Positions 38,549 to 52,028 of a stretch of DNA of 64,000 nt are shown piece after piece. The notes beneath the pieces are model-generated. The model saw nothing but the letters and a program-made list of their open reading frames with translations. It did not search any database and was not told the DNA's origin. The DNA is from Octopus bimaculoides (Eukaryota): the NCBI RefSeq assembly GCF_001194135.2, contig NC_068982.1, forward strand, positions 145,283,268 to 145,347,267, in the 5' to 3' direction. Position numbers and translations under genes: made by a program. How positions within the stretch are numbered: position 1 is the stretch's first letter; every line of letters begins with the position of its first letter.

Positions 38549-38587
38549 GTCTTTGACGTTTCGAGCTACGCTCTTCAACAGAGAGAA
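38549..38587 (-). ncRNA. Degenerate minimal type I hammerhead-like motif, same repeat family as the 32743 copy
   Basis: The minus strand reads uucucu CUGUUGA A GAGC-gua-GCUC GAAA CGUC aaagac, with an A6U core change. The flank attag..gacgctc.ggaa is shared with 32711-32730. Confidence 0.45.
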
Positions 38588-39524
38588 TACGGAGACAAGG
38601 AGAAAAACACGGAGAACAAAAATTGAATAGTGTTCAGTCAACGGTCAATCATAATAATATATATAACCCTGGCTACCAACCGTGAAATATAAAATAATTT
38701 TTTTCAGCTTATCGTATTTCGATACTAGAAAATTCACAACCTTCTGCACCAGTAAACCGCTATTGTTCATGGAAGCTGTTTTTTTTTATATATAGATACA
38801 AATAAAATGTAATCTATTTTCGAAAACAGAGACACAATTAGAACAGGAGAAATATTGGGTAGATTACCCTCACAAAGAAAAAATTATCAACAATCGAACT
38901 CATAGCTCTTGAAGACACCGGGCAAGTATTTTACCATTATGCTAAACTGCTCGCTGACAAATCAAAGTGCTTTTTAGACTCTTTGAAAGCTAAATGTACG
39001 ACCACATGTATATATATAAACAAATTAACATTTATTTATATTTACATACACGTTATTTTCTAATATTTCCTACGAATTGCTTGAAGCTCACTTTCTTTCC
39101 CCACTTCGATCCTTGGCTCATACATTTATATATGTATATATGTATATATATATATATGTATGTATATNNNNNNNNNNNNNNNNNNNNNNNNNNNNNNNNN
39201 NNNNNNNNNNNTATATATATATATATATATATATATATTCATGTGTGAATGTTTTAACATTCAATATGGCTGCCACTCGGAATGGAGGCTGCTCTGGAAA
39301 TATGCCTATACTTCATTGTTATACGGTTCTATATAGACACTTCTTGATCCCAACACCCTTGACCATACGGAACATCCAGAATCTGTGAGATAAAAGGAGA
39401 GACGGCTTACCCAGCCTTCGGCTGAGTCTTCTTACAGCTGAATATACTGTAGCAGCATAAGGAAGTAATGTGTATTGCCCAAGCACACAGAGCAACCAGT
39501 CATCGGGTAGCTATATATATATGA

Positions 39525-39593
<69 letters not shown>

Positions 39594-40583
39594 TGTATGT
39601 ATGTATGTATGTATGTATAGAGTGTTAGGTGTGGTGTACAGGAATTGAATGTTGAGAAAAAAGTGGTCAGGATTTTGGAAAAAAATATTCTTATTTCTTC
39701 ATTACTATCAATGCTTTCGTTCGTTTCTCGAACTTGTGAAATTAAATTTTGTGAATGTACAAACAGCTTGTTTATTTATATAAAACAGATGTTTAGAAGA
39801 GAACATTGTTTTTGTTTTTTGGGGGTGAGGTTCCATAACAATGGAGATAGATAGATAGATATAAATATAGTTAGGTACATAGGCTGATAGATAGATAGAT
39901 AGATAGATAAATAGATAAAGAGATAGATAGTCAGACAGATAGGTAGAGTGAGGGAGAGAGAGAAGGGGGTTCCCCCTTTCCTATTCACCATTCATTAATT
40001 TATTTAGTCATTTACACTTGTATTGGAACGGGTGACCTCTTGTTTTAGTATAATATATGGATTCATAGAATTCTGTGTCAATCACAGAAAGGTCCGGTAG
40101 TGGACCTGGCTATGATGGTACATAGTATTACAGTATGGAGGCGTAGAATGCAGAGTTCTATGCAGAAGATCCAAACGATCCAAACGATTATTTCATGAAG
40201 AGTATATACGCCGTAAGATGTCACGAGGTATGTCGGGTGAAAACATTTATTTTAGTACTTGGTATCTTTAGGATTACGGCCGTTTCGAAGTCTTTATCAT
40301 GCAATAATATTTTCAGTGTAGACGAAATTATTTTGCACCAATATGCATGCTACGCATTGTACAATGTTATTTTTCATTTACAAATCAATCAAGATAAAGA
40401 AGACAAGCTCTTCATCATGGTTTATATTGATTTTTCAACTGAGGCTGAAGCATTGTTGTCACCACATACATACATAAACCCGAAAACTCGTCTTCAGTAA
40501 ATATACAGAATGCTGATAATAAATTTGTAAAATCTGAAGAGACCTCACAAATTAGAGAAATTGCTGATTTATATAAAATTCAA

Positions 40584-40694
<111 letters not shown>

Positions 40695-40980
40695 ACACTC
40701 CTACATCGCTACATTATATGATATTAATACCTTCACAAAACATCTGAAAGAAACGAAACAAAGAAAACCCACAAAAATAGCTAGAACCTTCAGTATTGAG
40801 AAAGGATTGACATCTTAATCCCACACGAAACATTTTATCACTTTAAAATATCACATTAAAAATAGTTCAGCTGCCGAGCTCTGTGATACATAAATCTTTC
40901 AAAACAGGCACCAAAATAGAAAGTCAGTCTATAATTAATCCTTACAAAAATTCTGAGGATATTGCTATTTCAATATTGTT

Positions 40981-41193
40981 AAGGCGGCGAGCTGGCAGAA
41001 TCGGTAGCACGCCTGGCGAAATGCTTAGTGGTATTTCATTTGTCTTTACGTTCTGAGTTCAAATTCCGCTGAGGTCGACTTTGCCTTTCATCCTTTCGGA
41101 GTCGATAAATTAAGTACCAGTTGCGTACTGGGGTCGATCTAATCGACCTGCCCCCTCCCCCGAAATTTGGGCCTTGTGCCTAGAGTAGAAAAA
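40981..41193 (+). mobile_element. tRNA-derived SINE, family A, full length
   Basis: A-box-like TGGCAGAATCGG (40993-41004) and B-box GAGTTCAAATTCC (41055-41067). The body gtcgactttgcctttcatcctttcgg.gtcgataaattaagtaccag recurs many times in the window. Confidence 0.9.
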
Positions 41194-42828
41194 GATGTCA
41201 TATATCGTTCTTCCATAGATTTTGTGTATATATTTTGGAGTTTAATGACACAATTAACTTTTTCCAAAGCTGTCAGCGCATCGTCAAAGCATCTGATATT
41301 GAAATAACATTTCAGGGTAGATGAACCATTCTCTTTTGTAAAAAATACTGGATACAAAAGAAAAATACTGAACCATTTGTTGACTGCAGAAGTGAACAAC
41401 CTCGTGGTACTATTTACACTATAGCGCCGTTAATCATAACATTTCCTTTCGTATCTGTTATGTCCATTCAAGTAACACTAAATCTAAAACAGGTTAGACA
41501 AAATACAGTTAATTGCAATTATATTAATAGAAACATAGGCTTATTACATGGAAAACGATTAAATGGGAGTTGTTATACTGTGCGGCAATTAGTACCGATC
41601 TTTAAACTCATCACCTTTTTACATGCATAGGATTAACTGCTAGTTCATTTGAAAATCGATTTACTGATCAAAACCACTCTTAATAGCAGAAAAAGAAAAA
41701 CCACTACTATCTTTGATGTGCAAAAAAAAAAGAAGTCTGATATTCTACATAATATAATTTGGAAAATATCACATGCCAAACTATACCAATCAAACAACCC
41801 AAAAATAAATAACGAAAACAGCATACAAATGCCAGCATTGTGGCACAGAATATTATTAAAGCCTTTTATCCAAACAAAGGACATACTGAACTGATACCAT
41901 TTTATAGTCATCGAGCATAGAGGACTGAAATATTATAACCCCCCATTAATTTTACTAATAGATAGCCATCTTCGTATACGTCACTAAATCCAATATTACT
42001 TATACACAATCCGCTTTTGTATCGTTACGTAAAGACACGATCGATTAGTTCCCGTTTCCATCGTATCTATTTTCGACAATTGTATATATTTCATATGAAT
42101 GTAATGCATATAACTACATTTAAATTCAATGGTTAGAAATTCAGAATATATATGTATTTGAAAGTTAAAAAGCAACTACAAAAAAAAGTATGCATACGTG
42201 ATTGTCAAGGGGTAATGTATTTGCATATTTTTTTGCTTTTATATTTATATTGCTTACATACCCATTTTAAAAGNNNNNNNNNNATATATGTGTCAATATA
42301 TATATATACACACACGCATACTTATATGATATATGTTACACGTTTATATTAAATGTACGCTTATCTACAGAGGTATCTGTACATGTACGTGTCTGTATGT
42401 GTAAGCGTGTGCGTTCAGCTTTAAGCGCGAATATAATTGTAACTTGTTTTATTCCTTTTTTTCACATGTAATTGTTGGGAGCCTGTATTCGGGAATTGTG
42501 GCCTTAAGGCTTCAACCAGCTATACATTTTCTACTCTAGTGTTTCATTTATGCATTTCTAAGGTATTTGGAAAATTTGTACTACCCATAAATATAATAAT
42601 ACGAAACAGTTTCTACAGGAGCCCAAATTTAATTAGGAACTCGAGGACAAGTAGATACACCCCCACAGCGCTATCGAACGCGCCCACCCAAGCAGCATAT
42701 TGTGACATTCCTCGAACCATAGTTTCTTATTTAATTTTAGATTGTCAGTAGATTAATTTCACACCACTCACTTTCGTCGTGCTCTTTCTAAAAGAAGAAA
42801 TAATCCAACTCCAATTCCTCTTTTCCCT

Positions 42829-43045
42829 TAATATCGGTTTCAAATTCTGGCACAAGGCCAGCAGGTTTGGGGTAAGGGAATAAGTCTATTAGATTGACCC
42901 AATGTTCAATTGGTACTTATTTTATAGACCATAAAAGGATGGAAGGCAAAGTTGATCCCAGTAGAATTTGAACTTAGAACGTAAAGACGGACGAAATGCT
43001 GCAAAGCATTTCTCCCGGCGTGCTAACGATTCTGGCAGCTTGCCG
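42829..43045 (-). mobile_element. Family A SINE (first of a tandem pair)
   Basis: Full family A body, reverse complement. Confidence 0.88.
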
Positions 43046-43076
43046 AAATATTCCAACTCCCATTCCTGCTGTCATG

Positions 43077-43295
43077 TAATATCGGTTTCAAATTTTTGCG
43101 TAAGGCCAGTACTTTTAGGACAGAGGATAATCAATTACATCCACCCTAGTGCTCAACTGGTACTTATTTTACCGACCCCGAAAGGATGAAAGGCAAAGTT
43201 GACAGTGGTGAAATATAAACTCAGACTTAAAGCGGGACGAAATGCCGCCAAGCATTTTGCCCTGTGTGCTAACGATTCTGCTAGCCAGCTGCCTT
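43077..43295 (-). mobile_element. Family A SINE (second of a tandem pair)
   Basis: Full family A body, 31 bp from the previous copy. Confidence 0.88.
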
Positions 43296-43684
43296 TCCTC
43301 TTTCCTTTAATACTAAAACGTATTACGACTACACCTCTATTGATAGAGACCGTTGTAGTCGAAGGATAAAACAACTGAATATTGTCAGTGGGACATAAGT
43401 CGATAGATTTTTCAACTTAAAATGGCCTAACAATTACAACATAGATTTTGACCGCAAGATCTTTGTCGGGATTTGATGCGTCTTTGTGATGTACATGTTA
43501 ATTCATTGGTTTTCTTATTTGTCCGAAATAGTTACTAATTTACTGGACAATTATTTTCTGAATTAGACTGGTGCCTTACCAGGATTACCTGTTGTTTAGT
43601 TACCGCTTTAAAATTGAAACTCAAAACATTTTAACTTAATAGTCCCTTGGCAGTGTGCGTGTGTGCATGAGAAAGAAAGAGAAC

Positions 43685-43687
<3 letters not shown>

Positions 43688-43760
<73 letters not shown>
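43688..43760. repeat. (GA)n microsatellite
   Basis: Read directly. Confidence 0.95.
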
Positions 43761-43770
<10 letters not shown>

Positions 43771-46115
43771 CAGACAGACAGAGAAAGAGAGAGAAAGAGA
43801 GCGGGGGAGAGATTTTAAAAATATAATTTGATTGATTTGGCTTATGTAATACTTGGATAAAATCACCATTTTGAAATTGTCTCTACTAATTTCATCAATA
43901 CAAGTGTATGAGTAGGGGTGTGGTTATGTAGATTTTTGCATGCACATGAAATCCTTGGTATTTATATAACGCAAGATTTAGAAATATAATATTCATTATC
44001 TACAATAACATCTCTCAATATATCCACCAGCCGACATGCCTATAGATTTATTTGTGTTTATGTGTTTTGGTCTATCTGCTTGTGAAACTGAGTTTTTGGT
44101 CTATCAGTTTAAATATTTGACTGCATGTCGATCTGTAATATCAATACGTCTTTCTCTCTGTGAGTCTCTCCATCTGACTGACTATCTATTGATATAAAAA
44201 ACGTTCTATGCATGTACTTGTCTGTTTGTTCACATATTTGTCTATTTATATTTCAATCCATCTAACAGTTTATCTTTCTTTATGTCTATTTGTTCATGTG
44301 TGTGACTATGATATATAAAGATATAAATGGATGGAGAGATAAATAAATAGATAGACAGTTAGATAGACAGATAAAGTAATAAAGAGATGAGTGGATGGAA
44401 TGATGGAAGTATGACTGGACTGATAACCACAAAAATGAATAGATAGCTAGGTATATAGATCGAGAAATAGATAAAATGTTGAACATTGCCGACAAACGCA
44501 ATAGACCTAAGAGGGAGATAAGCTAGAAGACAAGTTATTTTCAAAGTTTCCAATATTATAAAAGTAATGATCTGTTTAGTACTGGGCGAGGATATGCTCC
44601 AGTTAAACCGTATTTACTTAGCGTACAGACATCAATCAAACGTCTACTTGCACAGCAGTTGACGCCACTATTTTTTTTTCATCTATATCTCTTACATGAT
44701 ATTTTACTTCACAGCTGGACGACTCAATAGGCAGTTGAACTACGAAGTTTCAGCAGTTCGTATCTGATTGCTTTTCGGAAAGCAGTGTTTTTCTTTTTTA
44801 TTAGGAAGGAAGTGGGTGGTTATTATTGCATTTTAGCCCTTGCAGATCTCTGATTGTGTAGACCTGTAATCATAGCCATTCCATTCATGCCCATCCCGTT
44901 TTTTCCTGCGTACATATAACCTAGAAACATTATCTAAGGTATCCATTTTGAAAACATAGATTGTTAGCCAATGGAAAATTTGTTCGTTATTGCTAACAGG
45001 CCGAGCCACCACAAGATAACTCGTTGAATGGGTTGATTGGAGGGGAAAATACACTTCATTAGAGCAGAGCACCACCATTTTCTTTATTTCAGATCATTCG
45101 TCTTAAATAAGGAGTATGTCACCTTATCGCAGGACTCTGAACCTCATATCACATCGTATCGAATTTTATTTTCGTTTATTTTGTACGATTGTTCTTTTCG
45201 TATATCAAATGCTTTCTATCTTTTCTTTCTTTTCTTTTTTCGCAGTGACGAGCTTTATCTCTTCTTGAGATACAATACGCTTCCTGTTTACATTTAGCAA
45301 GATAATATAGATAGAGGGAGAGAAAACACAATGAAGAAAAAAGAAAGCGAAAACGAAGATCCCGTGAGACTTAAAAAAACATCGCGTGTAGCATAGGTTT
45401 AACACAAGCTCGCACAAATGCAATGGAAATCTGACAAGCTAAAATATAAAAGAAAGATTGATAAATATTTGTCTCCTTAAATGCCTAAAATAATTTGTCA
45501 GCAATTAAACTGTTATATATGTGTGTGTGTACATACACGTACATACACACATGCATATATATATATATANNNNNNNNNNNNNNNNNNNNNNNNNNNNNNN
45601 NNNNNNNNNNNNNNNNNNNNNNNNNNNNNNNNNNNNNNNNNNNNNNNNNNNNNNNNNNNNNNNNNNNNNNNNNNNNNNNNNNNNNNNNNNNNNNNNNNNN
45701 NNNNNNNNNNNNNNNNNNNNNNNNNNNNNNNNNNNNNNNNNNNNNNNNNNNNNNNNNNNNNNNNNNNNNNNNNNNNNNNNNNNNNNNNNNNNNNNNNNNN
45801 NNNNNNNTATATATATATATGTATATACATTTATACACAAGTACAAGTTCAAAATTCGTTCCTTACACACTCACATACATACACGCACACACATATGCAA
45901 ACACACACACACATACACACACACATACACACACACACACACACACACATAAGGACCCATTCTCTATTTTCTACATTGTATTAAAAACTGACGCATTCCT
46001 ATTATACATTACTTTTTTCCAATGAAATACACTTTCTCCATAATTTAAACTAATTTGTTGCACGAAGATGTGCTCTAATTTCTTGTACTAAATATATTAT
46101 ATGTATTTCATCTAT

Positions 46116-46162
<47 letters not shown>

Positions 46163-46491
46163 GCACACACACACATACACACGTATATTATATATGTTCG
46201 ATAAATTTGATAAATGCAATGCACGTTTATCCCGCCATTTCAATCGCTTTGTAATTCTCATAGATGGTGCTCTGCTTTCCCTGTTTAGCGAAGATTAATG
46301 AGAAGTGTAGCTTTTATGGCTAACTGTCAGAGGATGTAAGTGAACTGAATATTCATTTTTAGAGCTGTCGATGTCTTTAAATAGATGTAGCAAGGAAAAA
46401 AATGATTATGAGTATTAATTAATATATCATAGGTTGACTAGGATTGAATAAGATTTTTTTTTGTTTTTACATATGTTCAGAACCGAATATG

Positions 46492-46523
<32 letters not shown>

Positions 46524-46539
46524 CATAAATGTATATCTA

Positions 46540-48025
46540 TTTTCTATTTTTTAATTTTCATAAATTTTCCACTGAGGAGGGAGCCGGTTTCCAACAAAGA
46601 TACGAGGCTCTGTCTTCGGTATGTAGTTAACACAGACAAATTCACGTTTCTAACTTGAGAAAAATCTTGCATATTTTTCTGTTCCACTCGCAGATTGGAC
46701 TTGTAATATACGAATCAGCCGGTCATTTTCTGTTTCTGAAAATCCCAGTTTATCCTGAATCTCCTTTAAGCATTTACTAATAAAACCTCGTTCGCCACTT
46801 ATTATTGGTATGAATATGAATTCATAGTCTGGATATAGAATCTGGAGCTTTCGAAGCAGTTATCCATAGATATCCACTTTTGTATTTGGTTTTGAAAAAT
46901 ATATTTATATCTGCGGGGCAGCTAACCTCTATGATGGTGTATAACTTTGCCTCTCTGTCCCACCCAACAATATCAGGCTTCTTATACTTACATTTGACAG
47001 AAGTTTTGCTGGAAATATTCCACCAGCATTCCCTGAGTTGGTGTTTATGAATGTATTCCACAACAAAGGGATTTTATAAGTTTATATCAGGAGAGTCTTT
47101 CTTGCGAATGGCATTGTAAATTGTTTTTGCATCAGCATCGTGCTGCATGGGGAGGGAGTAGCGTGACGACATTTTAGGACAGCTGCTAATCACAAGCGTG
47201 ATGTCTTTTAGAGAAACATGACATAGCCTACACACGCGGTTGCATGTTGGGATTACAAGAGCGTCACTATCTCTTTTGTTCACCAGGTACTTTGTGGCAA
47301 ACCCTATTCCTGGATTGCAAACGCATAGCCTTCAAAGTATGATGTTATGTAGTGGCCTTGTGTCCAAGAGAGGCCACGCTTCGTGTCAAATGTAATGGCT
47401 TCTTCAAGCTTCCGGGCAACATACCCATGCATGGTCTTTTTGTGTTATGCTGAGTGCTTTCCATTCAGGACTTCTTTGATGTAAGACAGCCCAGCTGTGT
47501 TGAGGCTGTATAGGAGATCATCAGGAAAAGAGTGTTTCTTGAGGTGATCACTGCAAACTTATACAATGTTGCTCACTTCATTTTTGAGGACTGCATTAAT
47601 ATATTTATTTTTGCTGCTGTTGTTTAGTAGGTGCTGCCTGAGTGATACCAAACGGCATTCGAAGACCATTTGCACTGATCTCAGGCCTCTACCACCTTCA
47701 TATCCTCTTAAGTAGAATCTGTCAACATCACTCTTTCTATGAAAGTTCCCAGGATTTTGCCGGTTTTGATATTTATAGAGTGAATTTCCTCTATAGATCA
47801 ATCAAGTATCCCAAATGTTGAAATCAGCACTGGTACTGCAAATGCATTGTGGAATATTGTCTTGTTGTAAGAGGAGAGTTCCGACAGCCTTATTTTCGTA
47901 AGTCTAGTGTAATATTCCCGAATCACTCCATTTTTACTCACAGTGCCTTCATATGATACATTTTCGTCTATGCCTTGGTCCTTGTAACATTCTTTATGTG
48001 GAATGGGAGAGATAGAGAGTCCGTT
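46540..48025 (-). mobile_element. 5'-truncated R4/Dong-clade non-LTR retrotransposon (RT end, CCHC knuckle, restriction-like endonuclease, 3' UTR)
   Basis: The ORF track shows KSDVDRFYLRGYEGGRGLRSV (post-RT), CRLCHVSLKDITLVISSC (decayed CCHC) and WWN...KKPDIVGWDREAKLYTIIEVSCP (PD..E-type endonuclease). I also read YPDYEFIFIPII...KLGFSE...LIRILQVQSASGT. An A-rich 3' end lies near 46540. There are several frameshifts. Confidence 0.85.
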
Positions 48026-48041
48026 AATGTATGTATATATG

Positions 48042-48075
<34 letters not shown>

Positions 48076-48128
48076 TGTATGTATGTATGTATGTATGCAT
48101 GTATGTTATATCTAGCTGTCTGTCTGTA

Positions 48129-48172
<44 letters not shown>

Positions 48173-48234
48173 AATCTTCTATCTATCATACACACACATG
48201 CACACACACACACGCACGCACACACACACACACA

Positions 48235-48266
<32 letters not shown>

Positions 48267-48456
48267 TTGAAATATGAATTTAAACGGGTGATTAAATTTC
48301 CAAATGGCTACTGATAGTAATTTTGGAAAGGATGCATTCCTGTAAGATGATGTCTTTTCGTATATGTAGTTAATTTACAGAAACCCAGGAATCATTTGGT
48401 GGTCTGTATCAGCATATCCTCTTTATCCTTCCTTTGGAGGAACAAACACAGATACA

Positions 48457-48503
<47 letters not shown>

Positions 48504-48504
<1 letters not shown>

Positions 48505-48639
48505 TACGACGGGCTTCTTTCAGTATCCGTCTACCAAATCCACTCACAAGGCTTTGGTCGGCTCGAGGCTATAGCAGAAGATACTTGTCCAAGGTGCCAC
48601 GCAGTGGGACTGAACCCGGAACTTACCACATAGCCACGC
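48504..48639 (-). mobile_element. Family B SINE head and core fragment
   Basis: gacgggcttctttcagt...ctaccaaatccactcacaaggc...cttgtccaaggtgccacgcagtgggactgaacccgg is nearly identical to 14110-14225. Confidence 0.88.
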
Positions 48640-49371
48640 TATAATGAAAAGATATATAGACCATGCTGGGGTGCCATGAGAAGTGGTTAGTTCTGACGTG
48701 TCGGTCAATCTTCCTCTTTTTGCGTGTTATTGACAGGTATTCAGTTACTACTATTAAATGAATTATTCCTAGTCTGTAGGTGAAGGATAATCATATGTAA
48801 TACGTATTCTGCTTTCCATAAATGAGTAAATAAATAAATAAATAAATGCGTGTCGGTGAGGTGGTGTAAAGTGAAGACCCTAGAAAAATCAGGTAGCGGC
48901 ACAGTGTTGCAAATTCGACTGTTCGGAAGGTTATCTCTTGTTCTATGGCGTTTGCTTATTGATTAAAAGAAACACTGTTTATTTCACCTGGCTTGTGTTG
49001 TTAAAGGGAGCGCGTACTGTATTATAACTAGTGAGTGTACTTTCATATGTTAACAGAGAACATGGTATAGTTGTATAGTTATTCTCTCATCCATAATGAA
49101 AATATGTACTGCATTATTAATAAGAACATAAATATTGAAAGAGAGAGAAAGAGAGTCTGTGGGAGGTAGAAACAGAGGAATGTATAAATGTGTACATTTG
49201 ATATATACATACGAAGAAACGTGCGTGCGCGCCCACGCACACACGCACACACACGTTCATACATGTATGTATGTATATATACAAGAAAACATACAGACAA
49301 ACGCATACACACATGTATATGTGTGTATGTTTGTATGTGGGTATGTGTGCATGTATGTGCATGTGCGTGCA

Positions 49372-49423
<52 letters not shown>

Positions 49424-50012
49424 NNNNNNNNNNNNNNNNNNNNNNNNNNNNNNNNNNNNNNNNNNNNNNNNNNNNNNNNNNNNNNNNNNNNNNNNNNNNN
49501 NNNNNNNNNNNNNNNNNNNNNNNNNNNNNNNNNNNNNNNNNNNNNNNNNNNNNNNNNNNNNNNNNNNNNNNNNNNNNNNNNNNNNNNNNNNNNNNNNNNN
49601 NNNNNNNNNNNNNNNNNNNNNNNNNNNNNNNNNNNNNNNNNNNNNNNNNNNNNNNNNNNNNNNNNNNNNNNNNNNNNNNNNNNNNNNNNNNNNNNNNNNN
49701 NNNNNNNNNNNNNNNNNNNNNNNNNNNNNNNNNNNNNNNNNNNNNNNNNNNNNNNNNNNNNNNNNNNNNNNNNNNNNNNNNNNNNNNNNNNNNNNNNNNN
49801 NNNNNNNNNNNNNNNNNNNNNNNNNNNNNNNNNNNNNNNNNNNNNNNNNNNNNNNNNNNNNNNNNNNNNNNNNNNNNNNNNNNNNNNNNNNNNNNNNNNT
49901 TAATTATTTTTGAAGATATTCAAAATCCTTATGCCTGCTGTAGCTGCAGCCTTCAATGACATCAACGACAAAAAACAAAAAACAAAAAACAAAAGAAAAA
50001 CGCCGTAATTTT

Positions 50013-50043
<31 letters not shown>

Positions 50044-50044
50044 C

Positions 50045-50083
<39 letters not shown>
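50013..50083. repeat. (TAG)n microsatellite
   Basis: Read directly. Confidence 0.95.
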
Positions 50084-50084
<1 letters not shown>

Positions 50085-50452
50085 ATCGTTGTGGTCCTTG
50101 CTTATAGATTTGTTTAAAGGGGTTGTGGTGGTGATTATAGAATTTTCTGTTTTTTCCATGTACAATCTAATCGTGAAATTTGGCCTACATTATACAGTAT
50201 ATACTGGCCCATTTTGTTTTAAACAATAAGTTGGTACGAGTGAGAGATTGATCTGCTATTTACCTAGTGCCAACGTACCCCATAAGCATTTCTTTGAAAT
50301 TCTGTTGAAATACTTTTTGGATATATATGATTAAATAGTTTCTGAATGTAGGTGGAGTTGCGAAATCAATTTCATAAAAAGTAGGCCAAAGGTATTAAGA
50401 ACAAAACGAAGAATGTGAGAAAGTATCTCAAAATGAAAATATTACTCGTAAA

Positions 50453-50487
<35 letters not shown>

Positions 50488-51134
50488 AACCTGTTTTCTG
50501 AAAACGTTCTTGATAATCTTTGCTGTCCTTAAGAAGCAAACTTTCCGGAGATTCTATTCTAATTTCTTTCAACGAATTGTCTACATCTTTGCTTCTAATT
50601 CCCAATATACCAATTACTACAGGCACAGCCTTCCAATTTTAATGAATTGTATTTTTAAAATATGTCATTCTCTTTCTTTACAATCTGGAATCAAACAGAT
50701 ATGATGGATCAATTACTAAGCAACTTTTTTCTTCTCTATTAACACTGGGCTACAAAAAAAGATTCATTATCTACTACCCAGACAAATGGTGTTGTATTAA
50801 ACTAAATCGAGTACGCTGATTCCGAATCTGGACTCGGAATTGCTGTAGTACGTCAGGATTTTAAGTTATGCACATAATTATATATTAATACTACATTAGT
50901 ATCAGGGATAGTTAAGTTCAAGGTAAATAATTATTATAATAATATATTAGTACATATATAGTAAATTTATGTTCAAGACAATTAGTATTACAATATAATG
51001 GTGCATAGTATATTTATGTTAAGACAATACTCACTTTATTTTTGATATGCTCAGCTCAGAAATGTCTGAGACTCTTGCTCTTGCGCTTATGCATCCCGTT
51101 GGTCTCCCGGTGTAGGAACCAGTAGTAGTCACCT

Positions 51135-52028
51135 GTCATGTGTAGATTGAACCAGCTTATATAGTCTATCTGCGTCGCTTTTTGGGTGGAGTCTCCCATA
51201 TCTAGTTAGCAACTTCATTGTCTTTCTGTCCAAGCTGTTTAGTTCGTCTACTGTCCATGCAATTATCCCTACTCCATATCTAAGGAGTGAAACCGCCCAG
51301 GTGTTGATAGCTTCGATCTTATTCCGTCCGTTTAATTTCGACTTAAGGATCAGTCTCAGTCTGCGCAAGTACTCCACCTTAAATTTTTCTCTCATTTCTT
51401 TCTTCATCAATTCGTCCATTTCCAAAATCCCCAAGTACTTATAGCCCGTCTCTTCTATCTGCTTCATAACCTCCCACGACGATATCGACAGCCCGTCCAT
51501 TCATTTGATTTTGCCTCTCTTCAAGACTAACACTCCACACTTCCACACTCCAAACTCCATTCTGATATCAGCAATGAAAGTATACACTCTATTAACGAGG
51601 GAACTGACTTGGGCTTTATCTTCAACGTACAATTTGAGATCATCCATGAATAACAAATGGCTGACTTTTTCTTGGCGGCTTTTAAATACATACCCAGCTT
51701 TTACTTTCCTCAGAATTAGTGTTAGTGGTATCAAGCACAGTACAAAGATCAGTGGAGACAGGCAGTCCCCTTGGAAGATGCTCCTCCTGATTTCTACTAT
51801 CCCTAGACTTCTTCCATATGTTGTCAGGTCAGTCCTCCAATTCGCCATACTTTTTTCAAGCAATCGCTCAAAATTCGATGCAATACCAAATAGGTTCATA
51901 CATTCCATTATCCAAGAGTGTGGGATCATATCGTACGCCTTACGATAGTCCATCCATGACATGGTTCAGTTACTTTTCCTCTTCTTGCAGTCTCTAAGTA
52001 CAGTTTTGTCTATTAGGAGTTGATCTCT
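51135..52028 (-). mobile_element. R4/Dong-clade reverse transcriptase fragment (family Y)
   Basis: It reads DQLLIDKTVLRDCKKRK, DYRKAYDMIPHSW, IFQGDCLSPLIF, HLLFMDDLKLY, YKYLGILE, KSKLNGRNKIEAINTWAV and LHPKSDADRLY. These are conserved RT and thumb motifs, with frameshifts. Confidence 0.92.

Noticed and set aside
44833-44950. Minus ORF ending RRKKR-DGHEWNGYDYRSTQSEICKG*, resembling an amidated neuropeptide
   Set aside because: There is no signal peptide or supported upstream exon, and a basic cluster with a terminal Gly is easily found by chance.
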